NCBI GenBank assembly: GCA_023213395.1
Contig: CM041465.1
Coordinates: forward strand, 163,439,741 to 163,503,740
From: Cycas panzhihuaensis
Taxonomy: Eukaryota > Plantae > Cycadophyta
Direction: 5' to 3'
DNA length: 64,000 nucleotides
Part shown: positions 23,701 to 38,642 of the stretch, piece by piece
Numbering within the stretch: position 1 is the first letter of the stretch
Layout: every line of letters starts with the position of its first letter
Made by a program: the position numbers and the translations under genes
The notes under the pieces: generated by a model
What the model was told of the DNA's origin: nothing
Databases searched by the model: none
The model's input: the letters and a program-made list of their open reading frames with translations, nothing else

Positions 23701-26700
23701 AAGATAAATTGTTCATTCTCCCACGTTGCATCTTCTCGCGGAAGTTGTTTCTATTTGATGAGATATTCAATGATTTGTTTGGATCGTAGATGTTGAATTC
23801 TTCAGTCGATGATACATTCTGGAATGAGTTAAAGTTACCCCTCCTCTTTAAGATAGGTAATTCTGTTTGAACTTGTACCTGTTACCCAATTACCTTCTTG
23901 AGACATGAAATATGAAAGACATTATGGATCCTTGACAGTGGTGGTAAGTCCAATGCATGTGCAACTTCACTAATCTTCTTGAGAATTTTATAAGGCCCAT
24001 AAAATTAAGGTCGTAACTTATGTTGCCTATTCTGTTTGAGAGATGTCTGCTTATACAGTTGCAACCATAAGTATACCCAATCACCTGGCTAAAATGCTCG
24101 TTCACTTCGCCCTTTATCTGCCTGTTGTTTTATCTGATTTTGTACAAGGTTAAAAATTTCCTTAAGTAGCTTAAGAATCTATGTTATTTGTTGGATGTGG
24201 TCTTCGACTGCTTGAACCTTAGAACTGATTATGGCATAGTTTTTAAGTGTGGGTGGTTCATAGCCATATAATGCTTAGAACAGAGTCATTCTTGTTGATG
24301 TATGATAGGTTGTATTATACCACCATTTTGTTAAAGGAAGCCAATGATGCCACTGCCCCTGCTTATCTAAAGCATAACACCGAAGGTATCCTTCAAGGCA
24401 CTTATTAACCACCTCAGTTTGTTCATCTATTTGTGGATGGTAGGCTGAGCTCATTGTTAGTTTAATACCAAGTAGATGGAAGAGTTCTGTCTAGAAGTTG
24501 TTGGTAAACGTGGGATCCTGATCACTGACTATACATTTGTGCATGCCATGCAACCTATGTATATCCTTTAAAAAGACCTCAGCAATTTACTTTGCCTTAT
24601 ATGTGGCCTGAATGCCACAAAAATGAGCATATATAGTTAGCCTATCAACAACCACTAGTATATCATCTTTTCCTTCTGACTTAGGCAGACCCATGATAAA
24701 GTCCATAGAAATTTCTTCCCATCATTGATTTGGTATGGGAAGGGGTTACAGTAATCCTAGAGACTTAACTATTTCTGTCTTATGTCGTTGACAAATTTCA
24801 CAAGAGGAAACATATCTCTTTACATCTCCTTTTTGTCCCTTCCAAAAGAAATTTGTTTTAGCGTGGTATGTTCGTAGGAACCCTAAGTGACCTGCTATTG
24901 GAGAGGCATGTGCATCATGTAAAATTTGCTCCTTAAGGCTAGAGTGAGGGCATATATATATTCGATTCTTATACCAGATAATATTTGAAGACGATGTATA
25001 ATAGGTTGAATGCCTTACTCCAGCTTGAAGGTCTTGAATGATTTACTTTGTGAAGGAGTCCTCATCCTATTCTTGCTTAATGACTGCTATCCAAGAGGGA
25101 TTGACTGTCATGATAGAATATAGTGCAGAGCCTTCTTCCTTACGAGATAAAGCATCAATAGCTATATTATCCTTGCCTTTTTAATATATGATTTCAAAGT
25201 CAAAAGATTGGATTTTGGTGACCCATTTTTGTTGTTCCTCAGATGCTGTCCTTTAAGATAGGAAATATTTTAAGCTATCATGGTCTGTTTTAATTTGGAA
25301 ATATGTTCCTAATAAATATTACCGCCATTTCCTAACTGCATGAAGAATTGCTAACATCTCCTTCTCATAGGTGGATTTGACTTATTTCTTGAGTGTAAGT
25401 TGATGACTTTCAAAGGCCAAAGGTTTTCCTTCTTGCATTAAGACTGCTCCAATGCCTTACCTCGATGCATCACATTCAATAGTGAAGGTCTTTGTAAAGT
25501 CTGGTGTTGCAAGGACTAGTGTGGTAGTTAAAGCCAACTTTAGGTGTTCAAATGCTTCAGAGGCCTTATCATTCCAATGAAAGGAATCATTTTTTAACAA
25601 GTTGATTAAAGGGGAAGCAATCCTTGCGTAGCCTTGAATAAACTTTCGATAATATCCTGTGATTCCTAAGAATCCATGAAGGCTCTTGATGTTTTTAGGT
25701 TTAGGTCAGTTTGTGATAACTGCTATTCTCTTAAGATTCACCTTGACTCCTTCTTGAGAGATAATATGGCCCAAATATTCTATTTCTGTTTGTCTAAATT
25801 GATATTTTAATTTTTTTGCATAAAGCTGGTTATCTGCAAGCACCTGTAATGCCTTATCAACATGCTGAAGATGGTCTTCCCACGTACGACTGAAGATAAA
25901 AATGTCATAAAAAAAGACTAACATGAACTTCCTTAAGTAAGGACGAAAGAGTGTATTCATGAGTATTTGAAAGGTAGATGGGGCATTAGTCAAACCAAAT
26001 GGCATGAATAAAAATTCATAGTGACCTTCATGTATACGAAATGTAGTTTTATAAACATCCTCAGCTTTGATCCTGATTTGATGGTATCCTAACCGCAAGT
26101 CCAATGATGTGAAGAACATTACTCCATGGAGTTCATCCAAGAGTTCATCGATGACTAGTATAGGAAATTTATCCTTGTTGGTTATCTTATTGAGCTTGCG
26201 GTAGTCTACACACATGTGAAATGAGCCATCCTTTTTTCTTACTAAAATCACTGGGGCAAAAAAAATACTTTTACTTTCCCTAATAAAACTAGCATTAAGG
26301 AGTTCTTGAACTAGTTGTTCAATTTCATTCTTTTACTAGTAGGGATACCGGTATGGTTGAATACAAGGAGGATTACTTCTAGCTACCAGGTCAATACTAT
26401 GATCTTGGTCATGTACTGGGTGAAGACCTTGAGGAATATCCTAAAAGACCTAGTTATAGCAGTGAAGTACCAATTTTAAGTCATTTGGTATACCATCATC
26501 TTGGAGAATGTCCCCTTCTGTTGGAAGTTCTTGACCTTTTAGAGTATAACATTTGGTAATGATTCCTGTACCACCCTTTTTAATAAGCCTCTCCATATGA
26601 TATGAGCTGATGATTTGGGTCGGTGGAGGAATGATCCCATTTAATTGATAGTTAATTCCTTCAGAAGTAAATTAGATGAAGAGCTCTTACATATTTAGTT

Positions 26701-29700
26701 GAATGGTCCCTAGTGGTTTGAGCCATTGTACCCTTAATAAAACATCATCTCCTCTAATGGGAGTGGCATACATAGAAGTGGAGAGGTGATAGTCACCAAT
26801 TTGCAACTTGATGTGATATTTTCCCCTACAAGCGAGTGTCCCTCCATTAGCCACCATAACTTGGAAATTTTTGACAGGATATGGAAAATAATTAAGTTTT
26901 TCAACAAGTTTCTGATTAACGAAATTGTGGGTGCTCCCAGAATCTATGAGGACAACCACCTTCCTTTTCTTAATGTACCCAATAAGTTTGAGTGTCTGAG
27001 GGGCTACAATTCCAGCTAGGGCATGCACAGATATAGTAGCAGTATCTTCTTCTTCCTCCTCAGGTGGGTCACAATCATTATTTTTGGCTCTAATGAGGTT
27101 TCTTCTACTAGTTCCTCATCTTGAACATCCTCAATTATGAATAAGCGTTGTTCATGACACTTATGGTCTTTATTCCACTTTTAGTTACAATGAAAACATA
27201 ACCCTTTCAATCATTTCTCATCCATCTCTTGGGAAGTCATTCGTCGTACACTAGGAACCTAAAATTATGGTCACTTTTCTGGAAATGTTTGTTGGGGGGA
27301 GGGGTGGGATACCTTATTTTTTGCTTCAATATGTCGAGAAAAATTAATAGCTGTAGAGATGCTACCAGGTTTTAAGAGTCGCAACTCATGTCTAATGTCA
27401 TCTCGTAACCCACCAATGTGTAACTCAAGTAATTTATCATGATAAAGACCATTAACCCTTGTGGAGAGACGTTGGTATTATGCTATATAAGCTGAAATAG
27501 TCCCCTCCTGTCTAACTTTAGCTAACTGGTTAAAGTGGTCATGATCCCAGGTACTGTCATATTAAGCTATAAGATCCTTGACAAAATCCTCCCATTGATA
27601 ACTAAGCCCACAAATTATTTTCATAACCCATTGGTACCATTGGTAGGGTTCAGTTTCCATGTGTAGAGAAGTAAGAGGGATCTTCTTATCTACTAGAACT
27701 TGATAAAGAGAAAAGTATTATTCCATTTGGGTGATCCAGGTACGTACATTTGTGCCATTAAACTTATTGATTTCTACCTTGGGAAGGAAGTTCAGACGAA
27801 AGCACTTACCATTATTATCTTCATCTTCTTTAGCGAAGTGACCCCCACCTATGTGAGTAGTATCATCAAGGTCACTCTTTTCTTCCTTAAGAGGTTTAAT
27901 GGATGTGAGCTCTAGCATTACTACTTCAAAATTCTCATTGAAGTCATTTTGGATTTGTAATATAGCTTCTCGAAGTTGTGAAACAACATCATTGAGATCT
28001 TGAGTCTAACTTGGGTTCATCTTAGGGGCCATTAATCCATAAGACCTAAGTTGAATCCTAGTTGATAAATGTGACTGAAAAGGATTTGATGGGGTGTTTA
28101 TAGACTATTATCCTTAATATTTTACAATGAGCTAATATGGATTTTTTTTTTTTGCTTTTTACTTTTTGCTTTTTTACTTTTTTGGGCATTGGTTGGCTGG
28201 TAGACTATGTGCGCTATGCACTGATGACAAACTGGTTAGACACACTCGATTTAACAAATAGATGATGGTGACTCAGCGGTACTAAGTGTGCACAACCCAC
28301 TAATAGACTGACCAGGTACACTAGGTATGGGCTTATTTGGTTTGTAGGCCCTTTGATATACTAATCCTAGATGTAAATAGTATCAACTTACAGAGGTAAA
28401 TGCTTTACTCTGTAGTTGTACTACCCTGTCTTTAGGGTACAAGGAGAGTAACTTCTCGGGGCTAATCGCTTACCAGTGCACTACAAATTGTAGACGGTCA
28501 ATAGGTTTCCTATGGTTACCTATACTAGGAAGGCTTATTTAGGGGGTCCTCCTATATACCAACAAGTACATGGAGGCACAATTATGTAGCTGAGTTCTAT
28601 CTAAGGCTTGATTCAAGAGTGTGATCTCCAGTCCTTCACACAAGGGATGGAAAAGCCACAATGCATTTAGCCCAAAACGATAGATCCTTATGATATTTAT
28701 AGACCCCTAACACAAGTTCTCTATCTAAATGCAAAAGAGAACTACCCGGTGGCAGTGTTAGGGTAGCCGCCTGATTGCAGTATTATCTACCCCCAAAAAG
28801 TAAAGTAACTAAATGGAAATCAAATGAGAATAGGTACTAATGAGAAAAAAATGATAGAAAAAAATTGATTATTTAGTACCTTGACTCTCCCACAAGGAAT
28901 GGATCAACCGCTCTGATACCACTTGTTAGGATACCACTCCTTAATGATAATTGCACACTAATATAACAACCAAATAACTCCAAAGAGCACTTGTATTGCA
29001 ATACCCTTCGAGGGGGCAACCTCCCAATTACATGCAATAACAATGATATTTAAGATACCATACTCTAAGGATTACATAAATATATATATATATATATGGC
29101 TCTATGTTTACTACTCAACCTCCTCCTTATGCATGTGAGATATTACATGAATATATATGGTACTCAATGACCACTACACAACCTTCTACTTATGCATATA
29201 GAATATTAAGAAAGGGAAGAAGTAGAAGAAATAAAGATATAAGAGAGAGAGGAAGTAGACTATATAAGAGAATATAAGAGAAGGTAAGTTAGGGGTTAAA
29301 TCCCTAATAGTTGGAAGTTATTATTTGCTTCCCTGGTCCATGCTAACTCCTTACCCTTCATATAGTGTATTAAGGATGTAATTATTCTACTGAAGTTTCT
29401 AATAAACTTTCTATAAAACTGAGCCAAACCATGAAAACTTCTTACCTTTATCACAATCTTAGGCATTGGTCAATCAATAATTTCCCTAATCTTCTCCTCA
29501 TCCATTTGTAATCCCTCTTGGGAAATCACAAAGCTTAAAAATACTAGGCTCCTTTATATAAATTTATACTACTTTATATTCACATATAACTTCTATCTCC
29601 TTAATATTTCAAGCATAATCCTTAAGTGAATTAACTATTCCTCCTTAGTCTTACTAAAAATAAGAATATCATTAAAATACAAAACTATAAACTTACTAAT

Positions 29701-32700
29701 GAATGGTCATAACATAGTATTCATTAATCTCATGAACATGCTTGGAGCATTTGACAATCTGAATGACATGACTAACCATTCATATAATCTGTCCCCCATC
29801 TTGAAGGCTATCTTCTACTCGTCCCCTTCACAAATTTAAATTTGATAATACCTACTCTTAAGGTTAATCTTTGTAAAGTAGAAAGCATTTACTAATATAT
29901 TTAGTATATCATCCATATGAGTTATAAGGAAGTAATATTTAATTATTATCTTATTGATCACTCTAGAATCAACACACATTTACTATGAGCCATCTTTCTT
30001 TGAAGTCACCAATGCTAGAACTATATAGGGACTCAAGCTTTCTCTGACCATTCCCTTCTACACCAATTCATTGACTTATTAATTTAACTCCTCATTCTCC
30101 ATTAGGATTAACCAATAAGCTACCTAATTTGGTAAGCTTGACCTTGGGATTAGGTTAATTTGGTGTTAAATGTCTCTTATTAGTAGTAAGTCATCAAGTA
30201 ACTCATCTAACATAATGTCATTGTACTCCTCCAATAACCTTACTACCTCACCTAATATCTCTATATTATCCTCCTTTATCTGTCTTATCATCAAGGCATA
30301 ATAAGTGCCAAACCTTCACATATGTTTCATAATTTTTTTAGCAATCAACATGCTTTTTGCATGCCCTTCTTCCTTAAGTGGTAATAACTTTACCTCCACA
30401 TTGTTCTTTCAAATTATATATGTATTATTCTCACTATTATGAAAGACATTCCTATCATACTGCTATGGTCTCCTTAATAATAAATTGTATACATCCATTA
30501 GGATTACGTCACACCATATCTTATCCTCATATGATTTCTTAATGCTAAATTTAACCAAGCATCTTTTATCAGCAATCATCTCATTTCCTTTTTTTAACTA
30601 GGAAATATGATATGGATGTGGATATGCTTCATAACTTAATCTTAAATTCTCTACCATTTTATTAGAGACCATATTCTCACAACTACCACCATCAATTATA
30701 ACTTTGCATACCTTTCCTCTTACAGTAACCATGAATCATCATCTATCTTTGCCTTTCCTTTATCATGAATGGGTTGTCATTTAGGTGTTATCGTGGTTCT
30801 TCAAAGCATTAAGATCTCACCTTTATCTTTTATAACTCCTTTATTTTCATCTTCATTTTGGGCCAAGTTTATCCTTGGATGGTCTTCTTGCCTTCTGGAT
30901 TATTCCTTATGGTGATGAAGATATTCAAATGCCTTGTGTCCTTCCCTACATTTAAAACAAACAAAAGGTCTCTTCCATCCTCTTCCACCACCAAAACCTT
31001 AGCCTCATTGGGGTCCTTGAAATCCTCTTCCTCTAAGTTGTTTATGAGCTCCTCACCTTCCTTGCATTTTACCCAACCTCTTGACTTCTTGTCTTTCCAT
31101 CATATTAGATGGTTCTCCTCACACATAGGGGATTACTCTTCTACATTTATACAAAGGTGATGAACCTGTTCTCATCATAGAGGGCCTTCAAGAAGTATGT
31201 CTATTTTGCTTCTCTTTTGCCTTCAATACTAATTGATATGCATCTTCTATGATTTTAACTTTATGCATGCTAAGTTCATCTTAAATTGAAAAGTTTAAAC
31301 CATTTATATACCTTGCAACAACTTGTTCATTTGTCTCCCAATGTTTTACATAAATGGAAAGCTTATAGAACTCTTCTATATATTCTCATACTGTCATCTC
31401 TTTATGTTGTAAGTTATTGAACTTTCTAAAGAGGGTTTGAGAATAGTCAATTGGTAGAAACTTCTCTTTCAACTTCTTTATAATTTTCATCCATGTTCTA
31501 ATCTTTTCTTTACCTAGTCCTTTTATAAGTGATCCCACCAAATAGTTGTATGTCCCTTTAATTCTGTACATGTAAACTTTATCTTCTTTTCTTTAGCCAT
31601 TCTCTTCTATTCAAGGAACTTCTCCATGGCATTTAGCCAATCTACTAAATGCTCTAGTTTCAAACTCTCATAGTAGCCTGAAATATCAATCTTGATTTTA
31701 TCAATTATTATCTTTAAGTGCTTTAAAATTTTTTCTTCCATTATCTATGGTTCATGTGGTTCATCCTCTTCGAATCTAGCACCATCATCACTTAATGATT
31801 CTTCTTCACAAGTATTTTTTTTATACCTTTATCTTAATACTACGGTAGCAAGCTATTCTATTATTCTCTATAATTCTTGTAAGTTTCTATTCATTTCAGA
31901 ATAGTTTACCCTTCCTCTTCTTCATATTATTTTTGGCTACTCTTCTCTTTACCTAACCACTTTGGGTCCTAAAGCTTCTCCTGTAAGATTTCTAAAAGGC
32001 TCCTAAGCCCCAACGAGTACTTCCTTACCCTTTCAATAGGAATACTTTGTAACCTATATAGTCTCTTCAACAACTATATATTATAATACCTTAAATGTTT
32101 ATGGTTTCTTTCTTTAACCTTAGAGTTAAACAATACTCTGATACTAGATGATAACGACAACTTGTAAGGAAAAGATTTTAGCTCACTTGCATAAACCTAA
32201 AATTAAGAAAGAGCCAAAGAAAAAAAATGTCTAAAGAATAGAGAGAGTTATTTTACTTCGAATTCCATTCCATTCCATTAAAATCTACTAAACGACGGTC
32301 TAAAATTACATTTATATAAGTAAATATAAGAAGTCTAGAAACTTGAAACCCTAACCCTGAAAACTCCTTAATTATGTAAAATACTATGTAATTCTATGTT
32401 TCTAAGTTAATTCCTATTAAGAAAAGCTAGACTACTAAGTTATTATATAAAAGTGAAAACTAATCTAAATTTGACTATTATTTTTAGACATATAAAATAA
32501 ATCTTAACTTTTAGGCAATTTGGAGTATTTTTTTAGTAGGTAAACTTTGAGCCTATGATGGGCCTTTAGCCCTATCTTAGGCCATTTTTGTTTGTTCTTC
32601 TAGGATAGACCTTTAATTTAGCACTAGAAGGACTAAATTCTAACCACTAAGTTAAAATTTATTTTTTAATGAATAGATCCCAAAATTTAAAGCAAAATAA

Positions 32701-32756
32701 CTAAAAAAGTGAAAATTAGATGGAGTTATGATGAAGGTCTAGATGCTTCCATATCA
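20717..32756 (-). mobile_element. Gypsy chromovirus (CRM-like) element C, degenerate, split by element D
   Basis: LTRs of about 608 bp at 20717-21325 and 32149-32756, PBS remnant at 32137-32147, PPT at 21326-21336. Gag, protease KVIIDGGSCENMVS, RT, RNase H (ORF 22992-23204) and integrase are in Gypsy order. TSD not recognisable. Confidence 0.85.
23266..29309 (-). mobile_element. Full-length Gypsy chromovirus (Reina-like) element D
   Basis: LTRs at 23266-23644 and 28924-29309, TSD GTTGG on both sides, perfect PBS TGGTATCAGAGC (28921-28910). Gag ORF 27718-27918, protease LIDSGSTHNFV, RT ORF 25706-26251, integrase, chromodomain EYLIK*KQLPREDATWE at about 23700-23830. Confidence 0.93.
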
Positions 32757-33600
32757 ACTAGTCAATCCATAATAATATAAACAAATGTCAGATATATCTT
32801 AATTACAATAGGTATAATGATCAAGTGGATGAAAGCTCATCTATTAAGAAATTATGATGCTCAAAGCATTACTTATTTCCTTTATGAAATGGTCATTGTC
32901 AGATTTAATTATCTTATAGAAATTATTTTAGATAAGAGTTTGAGATTTATTAATAAAGTCATCGATCATTTCACTCAAGAGTTTGTCAATATACATGAGA
33001 AATCATCCCCTTATTACCCAAGATCCAATGGTTAGGCTAAAAGCATAAATAAGATCCTTACAAGAGTGCTTACAAAAATTGATAATGCAATCCATATAAA
33101 TTAGGTAGATAAAATTCATGTCATCTTGTGGGTAGATCAAATAATTGTTAAGTGAGCACATGGTAAGACTTTATTCCAAATCATTTTTGGGTTAGAAAAA
33201 ATTATTCCATTTAAATATCAAGTTTTTCATTTGAGAATAATTGTTGATGCTTTTATGACTAATGGCAATTCTTATAAATATAGACTTCAACAATTATTGA
33301 AATTAGAGGAAATAAGAACTTAAGCACATTAGCAATTGTAGTTAAATAAGTACTAATAGAAAGCATGGCATGATTGTCATATTTGACCTCCAAAAATTGA
33401 TGAAGGAGATTTGGTCTTAAAATATGATAGTAAGTTACATGTAGAAATAGGAAACCTTAAATTTAGATGGCTATAGCCTTACATGGTGTGAGAAATAAGA
33501 TCCAATGGCATAATATGGATCAAATAGTTAGATGGTAAGATGTTACCAAAATTGGTTAATAGGAATAAATTGAGATGATATTAGTATCAAAAGAGAAAAA
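32757..33600 (+). mobile_element. Degenerate Gypsy integrase, right part of the element split by C
   Basis: Resumes integrase (RYILIT...KWMKA, HEKSSPYYPRSNG) where 20716 stopped. Confidence 0.75.
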
Positions 33601-34699
33601 ACCTCCTCAAATCAACAATTATAATAATATAAAACATGCATGTATGCGATAATCCTAGGGAAGCTCGTGATAAACTCAACTATACATCTATAACATATAT
33701 AATATAATAGTTTGAATAAGGAAATTATGATGGTCACCATAATTATAGAATCTAGTTAAGCTAAACACATGGTTATATAATCCATTTGGTTATCACATAG
33801 GGAGGGGCATACATTCTTCAGTTACAACAAGACACTGCATCTTTATCACATACATTTTTATTAATTTCCTTTAATCTACACCTTCACAAAAATTTATATC
33901 ACACTTACCATTGTTGCGTAGCTACTGTAAAACTTTTATGTTTGGTGGCATTTATAATCAAAATCATTTCTTAATATATCTTATTTTTTTAAGGTTTTCT
34001 TATTTATGATTTCTAAAGTAATAGCATACAAAAATTTGGAAGATATTCCTAATTGGGATATTATCTTAAGGGAACCTGATGATATGACTATTTACCTTAA
34101 AGTGCAGTAGATGAATGCAAATGATTAGTGACAAGTGGTTCTATAATAGAAATGTATTAAGACATTCATTGTGATAAAAGTCTTACAATTCAAATGATAA
34201 TTTTTTGCTGTCATTATCAAGATGATGGAAGAAAATAAGAAATTATTAGATTGCTTGGCCTCAAGAATTAACCAACTTATAAGGTTGTTGTTGGGTGGAC
34301 TATAAGTAGTAAGAGACTTCCAAGGTAAATGGGCAAATGTTACCAAATCGGTAGGTGCTAAAATTAGTGTTACTTCAACTTTTAGAATTTGTATTAACAA
34401 GGTACTTGATAAAGATTTATGTTAGGTTGAACAAGTCTCATTGGCATATAAACCATTAAATTAGTTTGAAGGATGTAGGGAAAACCTATTTTGAAGTTGG
34501 TTGTAGGTGATTTTTATACTTAAATTATGAAGGGCTTTATTAGGAGGGGGCATTTACATTGAGTAGTTATGAATCTTGAGTTGTTCTAATGGTGATAGGA
34601 TAGGTGGATCTTAATCTATAATGTGGATCTTATGGAGGGAGGGGTCTTAACTTCAAATGGTTTCTTTTAATGCTAACCCTTCATGGAATGGAACTAATG

Positions 34700-35400
34700 C
34701 TTAGACCCCTAAGTGAGGTACATGCACAAAACAAAAGGGGATTACACCTCGTCTTAAGTTGGATATGAGCCATCTATTTGATGAATTTGGTTCTTTGAAT
34801 AATTATAGTCTTATGTGCCATTTATTCAATCTCTAGCCTTCACTCAAAGGTTTGTACATATGGATCCAAACTAATTGGGTTCTAATAATCTCTAAGGAAC
34901 CTGATGTTTACACCATTGGTTGAGGCTTTTTATGGTCCTATTTAAGAATTCTAATGATAGGAATATGATTTTTGAGTAGGGACTATGGTTTATGGCATGA
35001 AGTAGGATGTTTGAAAATTTTTGGGAGATAACTTTTGATCCCCAATAAGATATTCCTAGGTCCATCTTAGTTTGTGTAAAGCTCCCATTCTTTCCTTTGT
35101 AGTTTTAGAGTGAAAAGTCCTTTTAAGTTGTAAGTTCATAATTATGGTAGTTCTTGAAGGTTGTACATCCCACTTTGTCTTAGATGATTACAACCTTCAC
35201 CTAGATTTATGTATAATTAGATGTTACATAAGGCCTCTTGGGTCAAATCTAGATTAGTATAAATAATCACATTTGGATGAAAGATATTAATTATGAACAA
35301 GTCATATTCAAGTGTGAATCTTATCATAAGTATAAACACATTGTTCATGAATGCCCATAAAAAATCATCACTTTTAGCCCATCCTTAAACCAAGCAAAAG
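34700..35400 (+). mobile_element. Degenerate L1 LINE ORF1 fragment
   Basis: Eroded DUF4283-like segment, VKLPFFPL, and knuckle YEQVIFKCESYHKYKHIVHECP. Confidence 0.55.
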
Positions 35401-36139
35401 ATGAAGGTTTTATCCGCATGTAATATAAAGGTCGATCCAGGCCTAGACAAGTTTATGGCCAAGGACCTAACCAAAAGATAGCCTTAGATAATAGGCATGA
35501 AAGTTTAAGTGATGAAGATATAGATAAGAACAATGGTCTTAATGATGAGAAGGAAGAGGGAAGTTACTCCTCCTTCTATGCAGTAGAAGGGCATGCTTAA
35601 GAAATATGGTGGGAAGTATGATGTAGATGACATCGCAGGAAGTACACAAGTTGAAGTTAGATCTATTGAAGGAGGGGGATTGCTAGTATCTAAATTAGGT
35701 TAAAAGATGAATCTAAATGTTTTAGACCCCCCTTCTTCATCCCCAATTAGGGTGGATACATTTGTGGGAAGCAAAACACAAGAGGCACCCCCCTTGGCCA
35801 TCGTTTTACAATAATGTAAAGAGGTACATCTTTATTACATGGTGTATAAACCCCATTTATTTTAAATTTTTTCATATATAGGAATTTTTTCTTTACCCCT
35901 TCCATATATTTATATTGTGATTTTCTATGATTACTTATAGTCCATTTTTTTCATATAACTTTTCGTAGGAAAATCAAAGCTTTGTCATATGATCTAAAGG
36001 GATCTAATGTTGATAATGATGATTGTGCAAGTTACAATGGGCAGCTTCTAATATTATTTATGTTTTATTTAAAGGCCAATTAATACTTTACTTTTTATAA
36101 TATTTTTATGTATAACTAAAAGGGTTGTATAATTAGAAA

Positions 36140-36396
36140 AGATCATCTTGTTATATGAAGTACTTCTTTATAACCTCATATTGTGTGGCTTATATATGGG
36201 TAATGAATTCTCTTTTGCTCAAGGCTTTGAAATTATCCTTTAATCATTTCCACATTCAAATTTGTTGAAAAAATGATCTTGTTTTGTGAAGTACTTCATT
36301 ATAACCTCATGGTGTGTGGTTTATACATGCTAATGGAATTGTGATTCTTCTTAAACCTTCAAATTATCTTTCGATCTTTCTAGGTTCAAATTTGTC
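36140..36396. repeat. Diverged tandem duplication, two units of about 130 bp
   Basis: ATCTTGTT...GAAGTACTTC...ATAACCTCAT...TTCAAATTTGT occurs twice. Confidence 0.75.
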
Positions 36397-37503
36397 CATA
36401 TTTAGAAATATGTGGTATTCTAATAGTCTTCATTTGAAGTTTAAATGCCTTTTAATACCCATTTTTCTATAGGTCATAACGACTTTTATACCACTTCCTC
36501 CTGTAGTAACTTCTTATAGCTTATTATCCTCATGATAGTGACATTAACATTATTGATATTGAGGATTTCAGAATTCAAATATATAATATTTGAGTTAATG
36601 AGGGGCAACTAAAGAGAAATTCTTAAATTAATAATATATTTCTAGAGAGGGCAACCTTAATATTCTTGTGGATACATTTGTGTACACCTACAACCATCTT
36701 AAAAGACTAAATATATTTACCACAATAATTTGCATATAAAGTGTATATTTATATTGATAATTTCCATTTAATCCTAACAATGGGTGTCCACACGTGATTC
36801 TATCTTGTAGGCTATTAATAATGAGTTAAAGTAAAAAAAGAAGTATCAGCAACCATTCCAATTCCATCTCATATTGTAATCCATACACATGACACATTAC
36901 ATCAATTGTGAAGTGATTATATTAGAACTTCCATCATTTCTTCAAATATCTTAGAAGGTAATTGACAAAATCATATAATGCGTAAGGATTATATTGTCTT
37001 TAAAGTAAATCTCTTGACACATGTTTTTCGTAAAAAATGAAGTTATATAATTGTATTCTAATATTTTATTTTTTATGTGTTGTAAGCATTTTTCACAAAC
37101 CCTAAAAGGATGGAGAACTAGTAGTGCTAAGTCAACACATGGTGACTACATTCCCTAACCCTTACTAAGTTTTAAACTACCAATATGAATAAATAAACAC
37201 TCAAGCCATAGTGATCAATCTTTATTGTTGAAAGATTTGATCATCCCTTTGTTTATACAAAGGAGACTTTAAAGTTTGAGTAGATATTTTTTTGTTTGCA
37301 TAGAGATTGTCTAAACATGAGGAAGTCAAATTCCTACCCTCACACGAACAAAGGGAAGTCTAACTCCACCGAGATTTGAAATATGTTGTTTACATAACAA
37401 CGCTCTAAGGTTAAAATTAAATAGGACTTTATTTACATCAAAGCAAAGCAAATCAAGTTAAATGTATGTCGAATAAGAGTGTCCAATAAAAATTGTAAAG
37501 TTT

Positions 37504-37819
37504 GCACGCTTCCGTCCTTTTATCTTTTCATCTGTTTGATGTAATTAATGACCCTTTCGTAATTATTGGTGGAACGTACAAGCCTCCTGTAAAACGAGTT
37601 AAAGCTGGAAAAGACGTCTCAGTAGCAATTCAAATTCTACGTTACATTGTAAGCCATACACGCACGCTTCTTGTCCTTTTATCTTTTCATCTTTTAATGT
37701 AATTAATGATCCTTTTGTAATTATTGGTGGAACGGACAAGCCTCCTCTAAGCCGAGTCAAGGCTGAAAGAGACGCCTCAATAGCCATTCAAATTCTACGT
37801 TATAATGTAAGCCATACGC
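37504..37819. repeat. About 158-bp tandem duplication upstream of the TPS gene, with a partial third copy at about 38297-38360
   Basis: GCACGCTTC...TAATTATTGGTGGAACG...CAAATTCTACGTTA...GTAAGCCATAC repeated head to tail. Confidence 0.85.
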
Positions 37820-38642
37820 GTGACGGAACTGAGAAGATCTGACAATACGTACGGATCATATTTTCAGAAAAGTGTTATCGTAGTACAGGCATTTCGCGAA
37901 AAACGAAACGGAGTTCCATAATTCTATCCTATCGCAGCAGGCTGGTAAATGAATCATATGCACTTACGGTGCGGTTCCATGCATAGGGGCTCCGTAGAAA
38001 TTGTAGCGGATACGTTACAACTTTTACATTAAAATTTTTAAAATTTAATAGAATCTAACGGTCCTATATACATATACAATTTTTGTTATTATCTGCTGTA
38101 GTTATCGAATAAAATTATTTTATTAACAGTTTAAAATATTATGATTACGATTTTAACATATGCAATGATATACACATATCGGCTCCACATAATTCGGTGA
38201 AAATTCTATAATTTTTCTGCGAGCGACTGAAACCCCTGCATCGCAATATAAGCGGTCCAGCCGCCCGCATGGAACCGCGACGTTATTGTAAATTTTGCAC
38301 GCTTCTTGCCTTTTTATGTAATTAGCTGTCCTTTCTGTTGTGATTATTCGTGGAACGAGAAGCGTACGTTGATGTTGAGGGCCGCCGACGCGTACCCATC
38401 GAAAGTGCGTCATGGCTGACGGTCATGCACCCTCAGTACAATAATTATTGCATTTTTCTGCAAAAAGAATGGAATGAAAATGCTTGCTCTGGGATGGGGT
38501 TTTCTGCAGTCTGGCTTGGAGTTTTGTAGGCTTCCAACGTTTAGAATGGCATCTCACATTTGTGCCTCCCCGATGTGTATGAATTTGGATTTGAGTCGAG
38601 GCATGAAACCCACTTCCTTCCGTGGACTTGCGGTAGTTAAGG

